NCBI GenBank assembly: GCA_973895155.1
Contig: OZ316894.1
Location: forward strand, 11,215,892-11,279,891
Direction of reading: 5' to 3'
DNA length: 64,000 nucleotides
From: Marsupella aquatica
Lineage: Eukaryota > Plantae > Marchantiophyta
Below the pieces are notes generated by a model, which made no database searches, was not told where the DNA came from, and worked only from the letters and a program-made list of their open reading frames with translations. Position 1 is the stretch's first letter; each line of letters opens with the position of its first letter. Position numbers and translations under genes: made by a program. Below are positions 38,306-51,343 of the stretch, piece after piece.

Positions 38306-38473
38306 GAGAAATATACTTGAAGGACCCCCAAATGAAAAGTGCTATTTGATGGACCCCATGACTGACTTAGATTGTTTGTAGGCCTTTAATCAATGTGACC
38401 AAAACCTCATGGGTCTCATGGGGTCCATCAAGTAACACTTTTCAGTTTAGGGGTCCCCTAAGTTATATATCTC
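38306..38473. mobile_element. Small MITE-like inverted repeat (~55-bp arms)
   Basis: gagaaatatacttgaaggacccccaaatgaaaagtgctatttgatggaccccatga pairs with tcatggggtccatcaagtaacacttttcagtttaggggtcccctaagttatatatctc. No TSD recognised. Confidence 0.7.
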
Positions 38474-39094
38474 AGGATTTTCATTTTGGAAAGTCTAGCA
38501 AAATCATACCTAAGGTTCTAGTAATAGTGTCATGATACTCGCCCAGAGCTTGTATGTCACTACCACAATGTCTCTGGGCTTTCCTAAGGGAAAACTAGAG
38601 GCCTATTATACATATAATAGTGGGGTTCTGGGCTGGGGTAACCCTGTGACTGGGAAGTGAGTAAAAGCTGATTGTGGCAGATGGGAAGCTTTACTGAGAC
38701 TTCTGGGAACAGTGTTCAGACTAAACACCCCTACCCAGACCTCCTTCATATTATGTGAGTACTGTCCCCCAAAAAGTTACTGACCACAAGCTCTCCGGCA
38801 AGAGATTATGGAAATAGCAAGTACCTCCAGAAATGCTTACACACCAATAACCTATATTCTGAACTGCAATTACATGATAATTTCATTTTCTCTGACCAAG
38901 GTTAGGTTTCAATTTACTGCTGACTAGGGCTTCAGCTCCTTTGTCATTGTGTGGGGTTCTCATTTTTTTGGCTCTTTGACCTTCCATGGATTTCCCCCAT
39001 AATCCCCCCCCCCCCCCCTCCTTTATTTGGTCTACTACCTTAATCTTACACTTCTTGTTCTTTTGGCAATGTCTCATATATTGTCAAACTTGTC

Positions 39095-40600
39095 AAAGCT
39101 CACTTATAAAGTGCAAAATCTGCAAAAAAGCCCAAAGAGAGAAAAACAGCCCTTGCAATGAGCCAATATTTGCAGTAAACTTATAGAATGAGCACTTAGG
39201 CAGAGGCACCTGTACAATGATGCGAGCTGGATAGGAGGACCCTTGGGCAGTAGTAGCAAGTAAAACCCATTCTCTCACCCATAATTGTAGAGAAACCCTT
39301 CTAGAGGGGTTGATACTGAGATATTTGTCATTAATGTGGAGACCTCATAAGTGCAAACAATACACAAAAGAATGCAAAATAATTGCAAAAGAAGCACAAA
39401 AGACATGGGGAAAAAGAGAAGAATGGCCCTTAAAATTAGGCAAATTTTGCACTTGTAGAGCTGCATGTGTGGAGACCTCATGAGAGCAAAACAGTGCAAA
39501 ACAAATGCAAGACAGCCTGGAAAAAAGTGAAGACCTGCCCTTGCAATGAATGAATATTTGCACTTACAGAGTGTGCACTCATGCAACACACTATGGGACC
39601 AGGCAGGAGTACCTTGGGCAGCTGTAGCCAGTAAAACCCAATACTTTTACCTATTACAGGAATCCTTCTAGAGGGGATCTATACTGGTACATTGGTCTTA
39701 AATGTAAAGAGCTCATAAGTGCACAAAAATGCTAAACAAAATTTAAAAAAATGCAAGACAGCCTGGAGAAAAAGAAAACCACTGTCCTTGCAATAAATCA
39801 ATGTGTGCACTTGTAGAGTGTGCACTCATGCAGCACACTGATGAGACCGGGGCAGGAGTACCTCAGGCAGCAGCAGTAGCAACTAAAAACACAGTACTCT
39901 TACCCATAAGTGTACATAAACCCTTCTAGAGGTTTTACAGATATGTCTGTCATTAATGTAGAGCCCTCGTAAGTGCAAAAAATGACCCCAAAAATGGCCA
40001 AAAATGCAAGATAGCCAGGAGAAAAAGAGACGAACTACCCTTACAATGAAATCACTTTGTGCACTTGTAGAGTGTGCACTCATGCAGCACACTGATGAGC
40101 CGGTGGCAGGAGTTACTCGGGTGGCAGTAGCGTGGCAAGTAAAACCCAATACTCTTACCCATAAGTGTAGAGAAACCCTTCTAGAGGGTTTTACACTGAC
40201 AAATTTGTCAATAATGTGGGGCCCTCATAAGTGCAAAAAAAATACCCCCAAAAATGCCAAGAAAAATGTACGACTGCCTTGAAAAAAGAAGTAGGGCCCT
40301 CAGGAAAAAAAATAGTATGTGCACTTACAATGTGTGCACTCAGGCAGCATTCTGAAGAGCCTGGGCCAGGAATACCTCGGCAGTATTCCTGGAGGTATGG
40401 AGAGGGTTTTTACACTGATATATTTGTCTTTAAGCGAGCCCTCATAAGTGCAAAAACAAACCAAAAAAATGCCAGAAAAATGTAAGACAGCCCGGAAAAA
40501 AAGAGAAGAACTGCCCTTGCAATAAATGAGTAATGTGCACTTATAGAATGTGCTCGCATGCAGCACAATGCCTTGGGCAGTCGGGCGGCAGTAGCAAGGA
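39095..40600. repeat. Tandem array of ~250-bp units (5-6 copies) upstream of the ARM gene
   Basis: The anchor cccttgcaat..tgcactt.tagagtgtgcactcatgcagcaca recurs at ~39150, 39538, 39786, 40038, 40300 and 40514. The ctcataagtgcaaa and cccttctagagg motifs also recur. Confidence 0.85.
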
Positions 40601-41704
40601 AGTAAAGAACTCTGGCAATTCGAGCATCAGGCAGAGCATGCACGCAAGCGAGCAGAGCAAGGAAGCGAGTGACAGAGCTTCCAGGACTCTTCTCTTCTGC
40701 ATTTTGCATTCACGTAGAGGAGGTCGCGAGCGAGGTGGGTGCGCATCGGTTCTGTCCAATTCTGATCGTTTCGATGAGGCGGACCAAGCTGACGCTAGAG
40801 TGGCCGATCTCGGTCACACCCAAGCAGGCGCAATTGATACTGAGCGCAATGCGATGCAATGTGAGATATGCTGGGAAGCCTTGTCAATCCTCCACAATTT
40901 CGGGAGGCGGCCTGTCGACCTTGCCTCGGTGCTGAAATTGAATAGAAGCAGCAGCAGCGCAGTGGCGAGGGTGATTGTTGTGGATCTGATACCGAAGCTA
41001 CGCGCAATTGGCCCGCTGTCAATCGAGTGATGGATGGTTCTCGGTAGGAGAATGGTCGATGACGAGAGATTCGCGGCCGGCGTGACGCAGCTGTGCTGCG
41101 TGTTTCTTCGCGAGGGCGGAGGAGCTGGATCGGATGAGATCGATGAGGAAGGAAGGAAGGAAGGAGGAGTCGGGTCAGGAGGATGGGAGTGAAGGTCTGA
41201 GGGACTCAGGGGAAGACGACTAGGGGGTGTGAAGGTATTGCTCTCAGGTATAAACGGGACGGGAGAAGATTGTTACATGTCGAGGAGATGAGGTGATTTA
41301 GTGCGTACCAGTGTTGCGTTTCTTCTCGAGGATTGTAATACCGATATGTGTTGCAGGTCGCGCGGTAATTTGGACAGACCCTCTTGATCTTCCATGCCGG
41401 GTTGTTCCTGTCAGTTTGATGCTCGTGTATGTCGTTAAAGTGCGACCAATTGATTGAGTGGGACTGTTTGGGAACAGCGGATGTCGATCATGACATTGAT
41501 TCGGGATAGACGGCGGAGCAAAACGATAGAATTTCGGGGGAGCAGGAGATCGCGGTGGTTGGAGGAAACGGACCTTCATGTTGCGTTCATGATTTAAACA
41601 GGGGGGAAATTAGTAGGCTTCGTCTGTGAGTGTGTTGCTGAGGTTCGTCGGGCATCGTTCTGAGGGGGTGGATGAGATTTGGCGAGTCGGAAAGTGGAGT
41701 GTGA

Positions 41705-42667
41705 ATGGCTGGGGATTTCGTTTGTGACGAGAATGAGACAGAAGTCGGTGCTGAAATCAAGGTCAAAGTAGATTGTCTGGTGAAGGATCTCACCAGCTGC
41801 AAGCTCGAATTGCAGCGACATGCATCAGAGCAGCTCAGATCCCTGGCAAAGAGGAATCCCAACAACAGGGACTACATCGGCAGTGCGGGAGCAATTTCCG
41901 CGTTAGTAGACCTTCTTCGGAATGTCGAAGATTCGCAGTTCCAAGTGCATGCTGTCACGGCTCTTCTCAACTTGTCGTTGAATCGCAGCCTGAAGGAATC
42001 CATTGTCAATGCTAATGCAATCGATTCACTAGTCGAGGTCCTGAGCAGCGGAGCTTTGGAGGCCAGAGAAAATGCAGCAGCTACTCTGTTCAGTCTTTCA
42101 TCGTCTCAAACCAACAAGTCTAAAATTGGCACGTCTGGCGTGTTTCCGCCTCTCGTGAAGCTTCTCCGAGATGGATCGTGCGCAGGACGGAGAGACGCCG
42201 CGAGTCTAATTTTCAATTTGGCCATCCTTCCGGCCAACAAAGCATTGGCCGTCGGAGCAGGCGCAGTTCCGGCTTTAATAAATCTAATGGCCGACGAGAG
42301 CAGCAAACTCCACGATGAAGCCCTGGCAGTTTTGGCTTTGCTCTCCGGCGACGACGAGGGCCAATTCGCCATCAGCCAAGCTGACGCGATGCCGTTGTTG
42401 GTCGACTTGGTCGCAACAGGAACTCCAAGAAATCAGGAGAACGCCGTCGGCATCATCCTTGATCTCGGGAAGAACTACCCGGAGCAAGTTGAGGAGGCCG
42501 TTAAGCTCGGCCTGTACGGTTCGTTGGGAGAGCTTGCAAGCATGGGTACTGAGAAAGGCCGTCGCAGAGCTCGGAGGCTTTTGCGCACGATCTACGCCTT
42601 TCAGATGGATGGGCTTGATAACGCTTCAGTCGGAGGCTCGTCTCGATCGAGCTCTGAGTCGTACTAA
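41705..42667 (+). CDS. Armadillo-repeat protein (PUB-type ARM domain without a U-box), 320 aa, single exon
   Basis: LRSLAKRNPNNRDYIGSAGAISALVDLL, QVHAVTALLNLSLN, GALEARENAAATLFSLS, GRRDAASLIFNLA, AVGAGAVPALINL, GTPRNQENAV and GTEKGRRRA are typical PUB-class ARM repeats. An in-frame TGA immediately precedes the ATG. Confidence 0.92.
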   Translation: MAGDFVCDENETEVGAEIKVKVDCLVKDLTSCKLELQRHASEQLRSLAKRNPNNRDYIGSAGAISALVDLLRNVEDSQFQVHAVTALLNLSLNRSLKESIVNANAIDSLVEVLSSGALEARENAAATLFSLSSSQTNKSKIGTSGVFPPLVKLLRDGSCAGRRDAASLIFNLAILPANKALAVGAGAVPALINLMADESSKLHDEALAVLALLSGDDEGQFAISQADAMPLLVDLVATGTPRNQENAVGIILDLGKNYPEQVEEAVKLGLYGSLGELASMGTEKGRRRARRLLRTIYAFQMDGLDNASVGGSSRSSSESY

Positions 42668-43794
42668 ATGAGGAACAGAAATCGGAAGAAAAGCCTTGGA
42701 GAACCGTCCTACCATTCAATTTTGCCGTGGTCATGGTAATCATCCATTCCGGAGCCAAGGGGAGGGATGTTTGTGACAAGGGATCCGGGATGCCAGGCCT
42801 TGGCGAACAGATGGTTTTTCTCGCCTGTCATCATATCGTTCGTCCTTTCTGGACCCGAAGTGAATTTTGTGTGTACACATTGTAATCTGCCTTCACATTA
42901 GGCATCGTATAGATTTCCCGCCTTTGTTACGATGTTAATGTAGCTGAATCAGTAGCTTGAGCGTACTCGAGTGTATAGAAAACCGTCTTAATCGCGGATG
43001 ATAACACAATTACCCGTTCCGATTGGAAACCTCTCGAGGAACGCAATTTTAAAGAAACCTTTCAAATCAAATATGCCTGCCAGCTACATCTGACTAAAGC
43101 ACTACAGTAAGTGGGTAGCACCTTTCATCGGCGAGCCACGCTCGTTTTTCGTCGGCCGACTTTACAGCAGAAGTGAACTTCCTCGTTTTCCTAAATTTCT
43201 CCTATGAGCTTTTCGGTTGTTTCCTGATGTATTACTTTATTCGTATCAGGAAGAGGATAACTCTCATCATATGACAGCTTTGAACCAGATCCTTCTTCAG
43301 TGCAGTGCAGTGCAGTGCAGCGAGCGAGCGCATCGTGCGATGATGAATCTTTTGTGATCACATGGCTCGCAAGGCAACAGCTACTTTCACACTCGGCACA
43401 CCATCGCACCGAAAGCTGAATGAATGATTCGAAAAGCGAAATATTAATCTTCGTGGTGGCCAGCTGCTGCTCCGGAAACCTCGAAAGCACGTTCATGCTC
43501 CCTCGTGGTACGAAATGCACGTCAGTAGTGTGCGATCGATTGATTGCCGAGTCCGCGACTAATTTCGTACCATCCCTTTCATCATTCCATTCGCTTCGGA
43601 TAAGTATTCGAGCTCCAACAAGTGGGTTCGTTCCCAATGCGGTCGGCGCATGACAGAAGGAACGACTCCCCAATGATCAGGTTTCAGTACCGTCCCTCTT
43701 CGTCCCAACCAGAGATGACATCCTTGTCCGCCACTGACGTTTCTGGTTCCTATCTTTGCGGTGCTGCCCGGTCACCTCAGCTCTCAGTACGCCT

Positions 43795-44460
43795 GCCTGT
43801 AATTGCACCTCAAATACAGATGTTTGCACCTCAAAACACAAGATGTGCTCTGGTAAGTGGCACCCGTCTGCACCCCTTAGTCTGGACCCCCTAATTGCAC
43901 ATCCAAATATGACAATATAGGGCAGAAATTGCACCTCTTAGTCTGGACCCCTAATTGCACATCAAAATATGACAATATAGGCAGAAATTGCAGGCATCCT
44001 GGTAATCTCACTTCAGAATATGACAAGGGACAATGTAGGGTGTAATTGCACATCAAAATATGACAATATAGGGGTGACAGCTTATCAAAATATGACAATA
44101 TAGGGGTAATAGCACATCAAAAATGTGACAATCTAGGGCAATAAGATGTCACTCCATAATATGACAAAACCTAATTTTCTGTTTAGATGTAATACCACAG
44201 TTTTTGATGTACAATTATGGGGATGCCTTAGTATGCCTGGCTGGTTGTAATGGCACATAATAAAACAGCAGCAGATGTTTGCATATAAAATAACAGTGGA
44301 TGTGCTCTGGTAAGTGGCACACATCCAAAAACAGCACCATGGTGTAATTGCACATAAAAAAAAACAGCAGTAGCAGATGTTTACAAATAGCAAAGCAGGA
44401 GATGTGCACTGGTAAGTGGCAAGTGTACATCAAAAACTGTGGTGAGTGCCAAATGTTTGC
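43795..44460. repeat. Compound degenerate minisatellite
   Basis: Repeated taattgcacatcaaaatatgacaatatagg (~43890, 43950, 44043, 44085) and gatgtgctctggtaagtggca (~43842, 44299, 44401). Confidence 0.8.
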
Positions 44461-45889
44461 AGGTTGTACTGACATTACCACAATAACTTTGACTGTTTTT
44501 ATTGACCCCCTTGGGAGCTTTCCGAAGTCCCTGGCACCGTGTGTGGTCACATTCAATTGCACCCAAGAACAATGATGCTTTCAACAAGAAACAAGCATAA
44601 GTGTCTGTGTTTGATAAGAGAAGGACAAACAATTAGACCCAGTCACTATTAAAAGATCAAAAAATCAAAAATTAAACCTTCAAATAACCAAAATAATAGA
44701 TTGGATGTCTTGTCATTTTTATTAAGGAGTGCTTTTGCTTCTATATATGGGACTTGTGCACAAGTTAGAATGGACCTTCTATACCAAGGTACACTTGATT
44801 ATTCTTTCATGTCATAGAGTGTTGTTTCTTCTACGCATCAGACTATTGCTTTGTGATGCGCAGTTACCACTACCCCTCCCAATATTGTATGTACCTTCTC
44901 TCTTCTGCTTTAGAGATGCCGCCCATCGTTGCGTTCTTGGTTCCTACATACTTTTTCTCTGCCCAGAGATGCTGCCTGCCATTGCATTCTTATGGCAGAG
45001 GATTTAGGGATTTTAGTAAATTCTTCTTCATGACTTCCTATGAGATTTACTCCAAATTACTTTGTTTTCTCCAGTTTATTAGGTCTCTTGCATTGGGGAT
45101 CGTTTCTCTTGATTTGGGCCTTTTATTCTTTTGGCAGTGTTATACAAATGTGCATGCCTTCTCTCTTCTGCCCAGAGAATGATGCCGGCTGTTGCATTAT
45201 TGGTTCCTATTAGAGGCTCTTGGTGACCCACCTATGTGGTTTACTTGTGTGCCTTACCAGGCTTTCAGTTCATCCCATTCTTGGTTCCTCTTTAGTGAGG
45301 TCTTTGGTTTTTGGTCTCTAGATAAACTCCTTTCTGTCACCTTCCTATGGGGTGTACTAGCTTTACCCCGCTCTTTAGTTTACTGCATAGTAGGGCTTTT
45401 TCCTTTGCCCTTGTTAAAACTCTTGGGCTTCTTTGGTTTTTGGTCTTTTTGAGGGTTTCTCTCCTCTATTGGGTCTATGCCTCGAGGTTTTTGTTATTTG
45501 GCACTGTGAGATATATATTTGCACACTACTTGCCATCTCTCTTTACATGGTTTCCGCAACACCAAAAATTATCTCTTGTTTAGCTTTCAAATTCTAGAAT
45601 AATGTAAACACTGAAAAGTGAGTGATTCCATCAAGATGCTTCAAAGCTTCATAAAGCTTAATGAGCACAATACACAATATTATGTATCACGATTGCTTCA
45701 AAACATTTCTGCATCTTCCTAAACAAAGGAGAAAGAAAAATAAATTGCACAGAAAGGGCCAAACAAAGTACAATGAAGGGCAAACTAAAGAGGTCCAAAG
45801 AGGACAAACATGAAAGAAGCTAGTGTAGCCCTGAAAAAAAAGGAGAAAAGAAGGGGGAGAATTTGCTAATATGGCACTATAGGGATGGA

Positions 45890-46300
45890 CTATTGTCCAC
45901 ATCTAAAATAAATGTACCTAGAGCTAATGGTCCACATCTAAAATAAATGCACCTAGAGATAATAGTCCACATCTAGTGTTCTAACTAAATCTGTAAGTGA
46001 TAATAAATGCACCTAGAGATAATGATCCACATCTAGTGTTCTAACTAAATGTGTAAGTGAGAGACGGGAATGTACTCTGGGGTGGCAAGCCCTTGCGGAG
46101 CACCAACTATGAGGATAGGGGATAAATTGTTGGAATTTGAGCATATTGTAATGCCACTGCAATGTGCTAACAAAAGTGCCAGGTCTGTACTCTAGGGAGG
46201 CAAGCCCTCGCGGAGCACCCACTACGAGGGATAGGGGATAAATTGTTTGAATTTGATCATATTGTAATGCCACTGAAATGTGCTAACAAAAGTGCCTGGT
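45890..46300. repeat. Two adjacent tandem duplications (~35-60 bp and ~125 bp)
   Basis: gtccacatcta...taaatgcacctagag occurs 3-4 times; tgtactct.ggg.ggcaagccct.gcggagcacc.acta.gagg.ataggggataaattgtt..gtaatgccactg.aatgtgctaacaaaagtgcc occurs twice. Confidence 0.8.
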
Positions 46301-49300
46301 CTCTATGGACAACAGGGTCGGTGGGATCGTCCTCAAATGCTAAATAAGCGAAAGGACGAAGCTTCAGTCATTATTGATTTACTGGTGACGACGCTACGGT
46401 CCTGCTGCCTAATCATCGTCAGCCCAAGTTTCACTGATACTCTACGTCTGTCTTCTGCCCAGGACGATGCCAGCCATTGACGTTGTCGGTTCCTATCATT
46501 TTGCGCAGATTTCTCTGCCCCTCTCATGGATTAGCGACTGGGTGCCCGCTACTACTGTGCCACATGATCCGTGTTTGCTCTGTACCTGCGCTTGAAGCTT
46601 ACGAGCAGTTCGTTTCGTTTGCCTCGAGACTCAGCGCAGATCATCAGGGTCCACTCCTTGTCTGGCCCACAAAGATCTCAATCATCGCTTAAACTAGGCC
46701 CGTCTGCGCTGAGCCGCTGAAGCCAGAAAAAGTGAACACTGACCTCCGCCGTCGGCCTTTGGACCTTCCTTGTTTTGTTTCGGATTTCTGGTCTTGAACT
46801 GCAGAAGATTTACTGGGTCCTTCACGGCTTTGTCTCCCTCCCCCACCACCTCCAATAGAAAAAATCCTTTTCCGCAGTACCCTGCTCAGTATGCTGTATG
46901 CTGCGCTGTTTACCTTTTTGTCATAAAGCTCAATTGTGTCAAGGCAAAAAGTGCGAGTGAACTGAATCCAGTGCGGGGCCCGATCGATGACACAGAGCTC
47001 TCGTCAATCGTAACAGTCGGGTCACATATGTAGGTGACTAACTTTCCTACAGTGCTGATCATGATGTTTTCATGGACCACTTATTTCAGGTACGCACTAG
47101 TCGAAGTACTGGACGACGGGACTGTTCATGAAGTTCAGAAGTTCTTATGGAGCTCATTAAAATACAGTTCTAAATGAGGAGGAACTTTGCCATTGACTTT
47201 CTTTGTATGGTGTTTTTTAATGGATGAGTGTAAAAACACGTACAACTTTATGCAACAGAAACAAGAACCCTGCTATAATTGTATACCGCTGCAGGAAGAA
47301 CGCAATAAAAACCCAAGTAGAACATTCCTTTTCACCGTAGTTTGTGCTGAGTGGCTCTGTTCATAATTATGTCATCTACTGAATAGAGTGGAGAACATTC
47401 ATGAAAGATCCTCTGAGAAGTCAAACTCACCATGATGGATCGAACCTGAAGCTCCATTGCAAAACTACGAACCAGTGATCTCTCGCTCTACTAATGCAGA
47501 GGTACTGACTACTGAGGTAGCCAGCTGAGATGATGTGTTCATAGACTGGGACCACAAATTGAACACCGACAATATGTGAAGTTCCCAGTCAGCTTTTCTG
47601 AGGAGCACTCACAAACACACAATCGTACTCCTCTCTCTCACATACCTTAAGTAAGGGCTTTAGAGTGGGCAACTCTGGCATCACTCAAGGCCAAGCCAAA
47701 TGTGAGCCCAAACATCCGAAGGCCTTCAGAGAATGTTGATGACAAAGAACTCCTAGTGTCCCTTCCTTTCATTACTTCAAAGCCTTGTTCACCTAGAACT
47801 TGTTTGTTTGGAGTCATGGGTGGGATCTCCATCAAAACCTTTGAACTGGGATATGATGTAGAAAGTTTCCTTTTTTTTAAGTTGAACAAGTTTAATCTAC
47901 AGCAAGTCAATGTTATCCTAGTTAAAATACATGTAAGTATGTAGATCTAATGCCAGCTTAGGAATCCTACCTGAGCAAAAATGTGGGATGAGGACCCTAT
48001 CTGGGCTGTTTATTTGTGTCGAATATAAACCCTGCAAATAAAATGAGTTTCTTCAAGTCAGATGCTCGGATGGCATCTCACTCCAAACCTTTCAACCTGA
48101 TCGGAATCCCCCGTGCAAGAACATTATCTTGTTTACTCCGGCCATGCCCTTTGGTACTCCATGCATCAAGAATCATTTGTAGACAGTTTAATTTAAAAGT
48201 TGAGAGGGGGACCATGAATAAAATCAAGTTGTGAAGGTAAAACATTACTGGAAAATGGCATGGAAACAAGCAAGGGTGGGCAGTCCAATGCAATGAAGTT
48301 CATAACCTTATGAATGGGACGAGGAAATAGATGTTGGAAGGTTACTACCATTACAAAAACTATTAGTCTTACAGAGAAAATTAATGGAAAGTATACACTA
48401 CCCGCACTTCACTAAGATCATGCCACCGGATCTACCCTGGTGGTCCACGTCACAATAATCATTTTGATGCTGATTTAATGTAAACTAGATTATAGCAAAT
48501 TTCTACATCTACTTGGTATTGTGTCTATGACACCCAATCAATAATGTTCAACTAAAATATGGCATATGAAATCACATTGACATTTAAGATATATACAATG
48601 CAAAATGGACATTAACATACAAAACCCTTGCCAATTTGATATAGATCTCTACACACTAACAATCTGTGTATCAAATTGATATACAACCCACTGAGTATGA
48701 AACCCCATGGAGCACGAGGTTGGTATTTGGAACTCCACAGACCTGATTTCTCACAAGTTGAGTTTGATTGTAGTAACTTGATTTTCATAAGTTCAAATAT
48801 TTTTTAGTTTTGGGGATATGCCTGAGGAGTAGGTAAGCTAATTTTTTTCAAAATGACAGTAAATTTTTGGCTGTTTGGGTTGAATGTTTTTGTCATCAAA
48901 TGAGGAGGGGTGTATTTCATTACATTAATTTTCTTTGTGTTAATATTAAATCTTTGGGTTTGTGTTGGTTTCAGTATCCTCCTTCTATAGTTGCCCTTGC
49001 AGGTGAAAAATTAGAAATTATCTTTAAAATCACAATCTTCAAGTTATGGGCCCCAAACGTTTACCCATATACCACCAAAATGTGGTCCACCAGAGAACAC
49101 TGTGTCGTGAGGTTCATCCTGGCTCAGTTTCCTTTGTACAGAGAACTTTACTATATCCATAAATAAATACATACAGTAGTAAGTCTTTACTATATCCATA
49201 CATAAATACATACAATAGGGACTGGGAGCATGAGCTGTTGGTTTATAGGAAGGGGCAAAAGAGTTGGGCTCAGTCAGGAAGTGCCACAATTCCACTCAGC

Positions 49301-51061
49301 CCAAATGGATAGGATTGGATTAACGGTAAGAAAGACTTCCACATGGTAGGCACAGATACTGCCAACCAGGAAGGGTTATGACCCTGACCAATACAGAATC
49401 AACTGTACAAAGGAATCGTGTTTTTTTAGTTTCACAGGCGAGAAGTAGGTCAACTGTACTACTGTACCGTAGTTACATTGTGGGATTACTCCTCCAGTTG
49501 CAATTTTGATCGTACTATGTGACATCAATATTTTAAATCTTTTTTTACTTTCTTGTCCCCCCCAAAACTACCGTGCATAAGTGTCTCAAAGTTTTTTTTT
49601 TGTTTTCTTGTCCCTTCCAAGTACCGTGGTCCCCAACATAGCACCATGGCGTTGTGTTCAAAAATTGGGTTTCGTGATGTAAAACACATTTTGAAACACA
49701 TTTTGAACTTGAACACAATGTTTGGGCGCTGACTTTGTATTTGAGGTGGATGCTATGTTGGAATTTTGACATTAAACTGTTCTACATTGAAGAACAACGC
49801 CCCCGACACACTATTCGAATAGAACGCCCCATGGACCACTATTTGAATACATGGCCATGACGTTATGTTTGGGGGAAGATGGTAATAAAAAATGTCTTGA
49901 GATTTGACATTTTCTGATTTTTTGACACTGATATATCTGAATCTGCTTGCCAGAACTCAGGTTCTAGTGAAGCTCGCCACAAAGTTTGTGAGGGTCACCA
50001 GTAAAAAGGTTGAGGGCAGAAATTCAAAGAGTCAAGAAAAGTTTTATTGTTTCAAAACCTAGAACATAACTTATTTCAAATCCTGCTGGTTCAAACTTCC
50101 AACTGGGGAGTGGCAGGACCTGAGTTCACAACTACAGTTTGGGATTTCTTTTGCCTCAGATTTTTTTTTGTAAATGCTTATGAGGGTACTGTGTTTGGGA
50201 CTTACTAGTAAATTGATCCTTTTCAATCCTAGAAAGGCTTCACTATTTTTTTTGGCCATTTTGGTGAAACTCCTGAGTTTTTATGTGAAGGGAAGGATCG
50301 GAGGGGACCCCTGCTGAAGGAGCAGCCCATGTGGCCGGACTTGATTTTTTGGGCAAGGAAAAACAAAAAATCATGCAGAAAACACAAAGGAACACTAAAA
50401 CGGGACAAGACAGATATTGATCAATAAGACCTTATTTTGGCTCATTGGCTTTGCAATTCGGTTTTGTGTTTAGTGACTTCTGTCACCTTTGCATGTTCAT
50501 CCTAGAGCATGCCTCTTTTTTTTGTCTTGGAGTGATATGTAATTCATTTGATTTATTTTATGATAAAAGAAGTAGGTACATGCAAAGTATATGTTAAGAA
50601 ATTAATATTTGTTAATTAAAAGTGAGTGACATAGTACACATGAAAGAAAAAACATTATGACCAAGAAAGTACAATGGTACTAAAGAGTTGTGCACATACA
50701 GTACAGATTTTCACTGATTCTAGGTAATGACAATCAACTCAATTAAAACCATAAGTTTTATAAAAGAAAACACCAGGGGAACTTAGTACACCAAAAGTGC
50801 ATGTTGTTCAAACTCATTTCTCTCACTCTCATGAGAAAAAAGATATCCACTAAGGAGTGATTGAAAAGGAAAGATTAAACATTTATGAGGGGAGCCAAAT
50901 ACATTCAAATAACTCTAAGTTCACTAAATTAAAAGGGGTCCAAAAGTTAATTCAAACTCAAATTAATATAAATGATTCACCTAGTTAAGGCACATTAAAA
51001 TAAAAATACTGAACACAAATTCCGAATAAGACAAAATTTGAAAGATGGATTCACCATACAG

Positions 51062-51343
51062 CATTCATAATGCAGATATAGGAGTCTCAACACATTCATA
51101 ATGCAGATATAGCAGTCTCAACACAGACAATAGGAGGGATATGCTTAATGTAGGAAAACCGGTCTCAACACATTCATAATGCAGATATAGCAGTCTCAAC
51201 ACAGACAATAGGAGGGATATGCTTAATGTAGGAAAACCGTCAGCTTCAGACTAGACTCAACACATTCATAATGCAGATATAGCCGTCTCAACACAGACAA
51301 TAGGAGGGATATCCTTAATGTAGGAAAACCGTCAGCTTCAGAC
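51062..51343. repeat. Tandem amplification of the host/MULE/LTR junction
   Basis: cattcataatgcagatatagcagtctcaacacagacaataggagggatatgcttaatgtaggaaaaccg occurs in three near-identical copies plus a partial one. Confidence 0.9.

Noticed and set aside
39838-40110. Hammerhead ribozyme cores (CTGATGA) in the tandem repeat units
   Set aside because: No downstream GAAA or stem II arrangement, and the motif is absent from the other units.
47640-48330. Possible LINE or other retroelement ORF remnant
   Set aside because: No RT, endonuclease or zinc-knuckle motif is recognisable.
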